Of a stretch of DNA of 64,000 nucleotides, positions 62,186 to 64,000 are shown in pieces. This DNA is from Macrostomum hystrix (taxonomy: Eukaryota; Animalia; Platyhelminthes), in contig CATNEN010000025.1 of NCBI GenBank assembly GCA_950097015.1, positions 1,488,001-1,552,000 of the forward strand. Reading direction: 5' to 3'. Below the pieces are notes generated by a model that saw nothing but the letters and a program-made list of their open reading frames with translations, ran no database searches and was not told the DNA's origin. The translations under genes were made by a program, and so were the position numbers. Positions within the stretch are counted from its first letter, which is position 1; every line of letters starts with the position of its first letter.

Positions 62186-62507
62186 CTAGTCTAGGCGCCG
62201 TTTTTTTATGGTCGGCTTAGCTGCACTGTCACCTTCTTGTTTTTCATCAACAACCGTCGCCGCCTCAGTTTTGAGCTTCAAAGAGGGGCTTGCTTTTTTC
62301 TTTTTCTTTTGCTGCTGTTGCTGTTTTACTTCTGTCGGAGACGTTGTGCCGGAGCGAATCCAGCGAGTCAGGCCCGTGTCTGGTAAATGCGGCCGCTTCC
62401 TTGGCGAATTCTGAGACTGCTGCTGCTGCTGCTGCTTGGAACCTGATGGCTGGCATGTCGAAGATGGCTTTGGCAGCCATTTGTCTAGCGCGGTTGGCAC
62501 TGGGGCC
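62186..62507 (-). CDS. Terminal coding exon of a minus-strand gene for a probable nuclear protein; upstream exons lie beyond the window
   Basis: Acceptor TTACTAACCCAG| at 62508; reads APVPTALDKWLPK...QQQQQQ..RKRPH...GLTRWI...KKKKK...KKRRLD*. Contains basic NLS-like clusters. Confidence 0.55.
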
Positions 62508-62967
62508 CTGGGTTAGTAATAAATAACAATTCAGGCCCAATTTATAAAATGGAAGATCGACTTAATTACTACAATATGACATTATTGATTGAATGAGAGA
62601 TCCGATTGATAAAATGGTAATATTGATAATGTGAGTCTGGATTGACAGAATTGAGATTAGATAGGCTGTATGGAAGATTGGATAGATCAGGAGTCGGCAA
62701 ACTTATTAGCGTACAGGCCACGGAGAGAACCTAAAAGACGACAGCGGGCCGCATTGACTGTAGGAATAGGACTGTAGGAATAGAAAGGGGAGAAATAAGA
62801 CGCAGTAGAGATGAGACGAGACAGGAAGAGATGAGACAGGCGAGAGACGGAAGACAGGGGAGAGATTAAAAGGGGGTAGATCAGGAATGGAAGAGCTGAG
62901 ACCGAGGAGAGATGAGACTCTCCATCTCCAGATGGAGATATAAAAGTACATGTGTTGTACTTTTATA

Positions 62968-64000
62968 TGTGTTGTACTTTCATTATATAGAAACTAGTAT
63001 TTGACCGTTGCAGCTAAATATCCCATAGACAATTCGGTCTACCTGTTTGTTTGCGAGGACCGCGTTAAGAGTGTTTGCGGCTCTAGCTTTCGTGCTAACC
63101 TCGGGCTTTGCTATCTACACAAATACATTAGACCACAAGCTATCGCGGCAATACGCAACGATGGCAAGCGCAGTCAAATTCAGCGACATAATCAAGCAGT
63201 ACGACGGTGAAGAGGATTTTTCGCGCTGGGCACAGAAGCTCGAACTCGTTGCCAAGCTCCAAAAAGTGAATGACCTGGCTGCTTTCATCCCACTATTTCT
63301 ATCGGGAGGTGCGTTCGCCGTGTACCAGGCACTAAACGAGAAAAGCAAGTCGGACTACAAAACTCTGAAAGCGGCTCTAACCTCAGCGTTCTGCCCAAAC
63401 AAGTACAAAGCATACGACGAGTTCGTGTCACGCCGGCTCGGCCCCGGGGAGTCCGTGGACGTTTTTCTCGCGGATCTCACGAGGCTTGCACGCCTAGTGG
63501 ACGAGATCCCCGGGGAAGAATGGATCAAATGCGCATTCGTCCGCGGGCTTCCAGCAACCGTCAGTCAGCAGCTGATCGCTTCCTGCTCTCTAAAAGAGCT
63601 CGAACTCCATGAACTAGCGGAGAAAGCTAGAAACTTAACGATCAGTCGCGAGTCCTGCTGTGTTGTCTCGAGCGCAGGAAATGCGCGAAGCGCTGGAAAG
63701 TTCGCCCCACGCAACAAAGTGATGTCGTGCTACTCGTGCGGCAAGGAGGGCCATGTGAGCAAAGAGTGCATGGAACGCAACCGAGCGAATCAAGGTTGTT
63801 TTGTTTGTGGAAAAAGCGGGACATGTGGCTGCTCGATGCCCGCAGCGCGCCGATTTTCAAAAAAACGAGTGATGGAAGCGCGGAATGTTTGCGCCAACGG
63901 GCTTCCTTGTGCACCGGCGCACCTACCATCGTTAAGTGTTCATGTTAATAGTTTGGTCGTTACTGCTTTAGTAGATACTGGTTGTTCGCGGTCCATCGTT
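62968..64000 (+). mobile_element. 5' end of a Ty3/Gypsy LTR retrotransposon: short putative LTR (~62968-63137), gag from ATG 63161 with two CCHC knuckles, start of aspartic protease
   Basis: Gag MASAVKFSDIIKQYDGEEDFSRWAQKLEL...; CYSCGKEGHVSKEC; second knuckle CFVCGKAGHVAARC if one A is removed; protease ALVDTGCSRS at the window end. LTR limits are inferred from TG...CA only. Confidence 0.88.

Overview
This is AT-rich, repeat-dense metazoan genomic DNA, not prokaryotic. It has GT-AG introns, GC-rich exons with poly-Q runs and many independent satellites. The style suggests a flatworm such as Macrostomum, but that is inference only. Main contents: (1) a + strand cluster of four intronless C-type-lectin + PAN/apple genes at 6.8-20.6 kb, two intact and two defective, showing a patchwork of identical and divergent tracts consistent with gene conversion and unequal crossover; (2) a six-exon calmodulin-like gene on the minus strand (20918-38615, 156 aa, four intact EF hands) whose introns are mostly filled by eight different satellites; (3) transposable elements: a hAT-type non-autonomous element with TIRs, 8-bp TSD and an empty site in the paralogous flank, four tRNA-head CORE-type SINEs, two 5'-truncated RTE-like LINEs, a decayed Mag-like Ty3/Gypsy, a Tc1-like remnant, and the 5' end of a second Gypsy with an apparent -1 frameshift signal and no canonical PBS; (4) a low-complexity poly-Q/H gene at 47-48.6 kb and several unassigned exons; (5) about 18 tandem arrays, including an 8.1-kb 57-bp satellite that starts at a splice acceptor and runs in frame into a downstream ORF. 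Most long ORFs in the supplied track are translations of satellites. There is no CRISPR array, rRNA or true tRNA gene.
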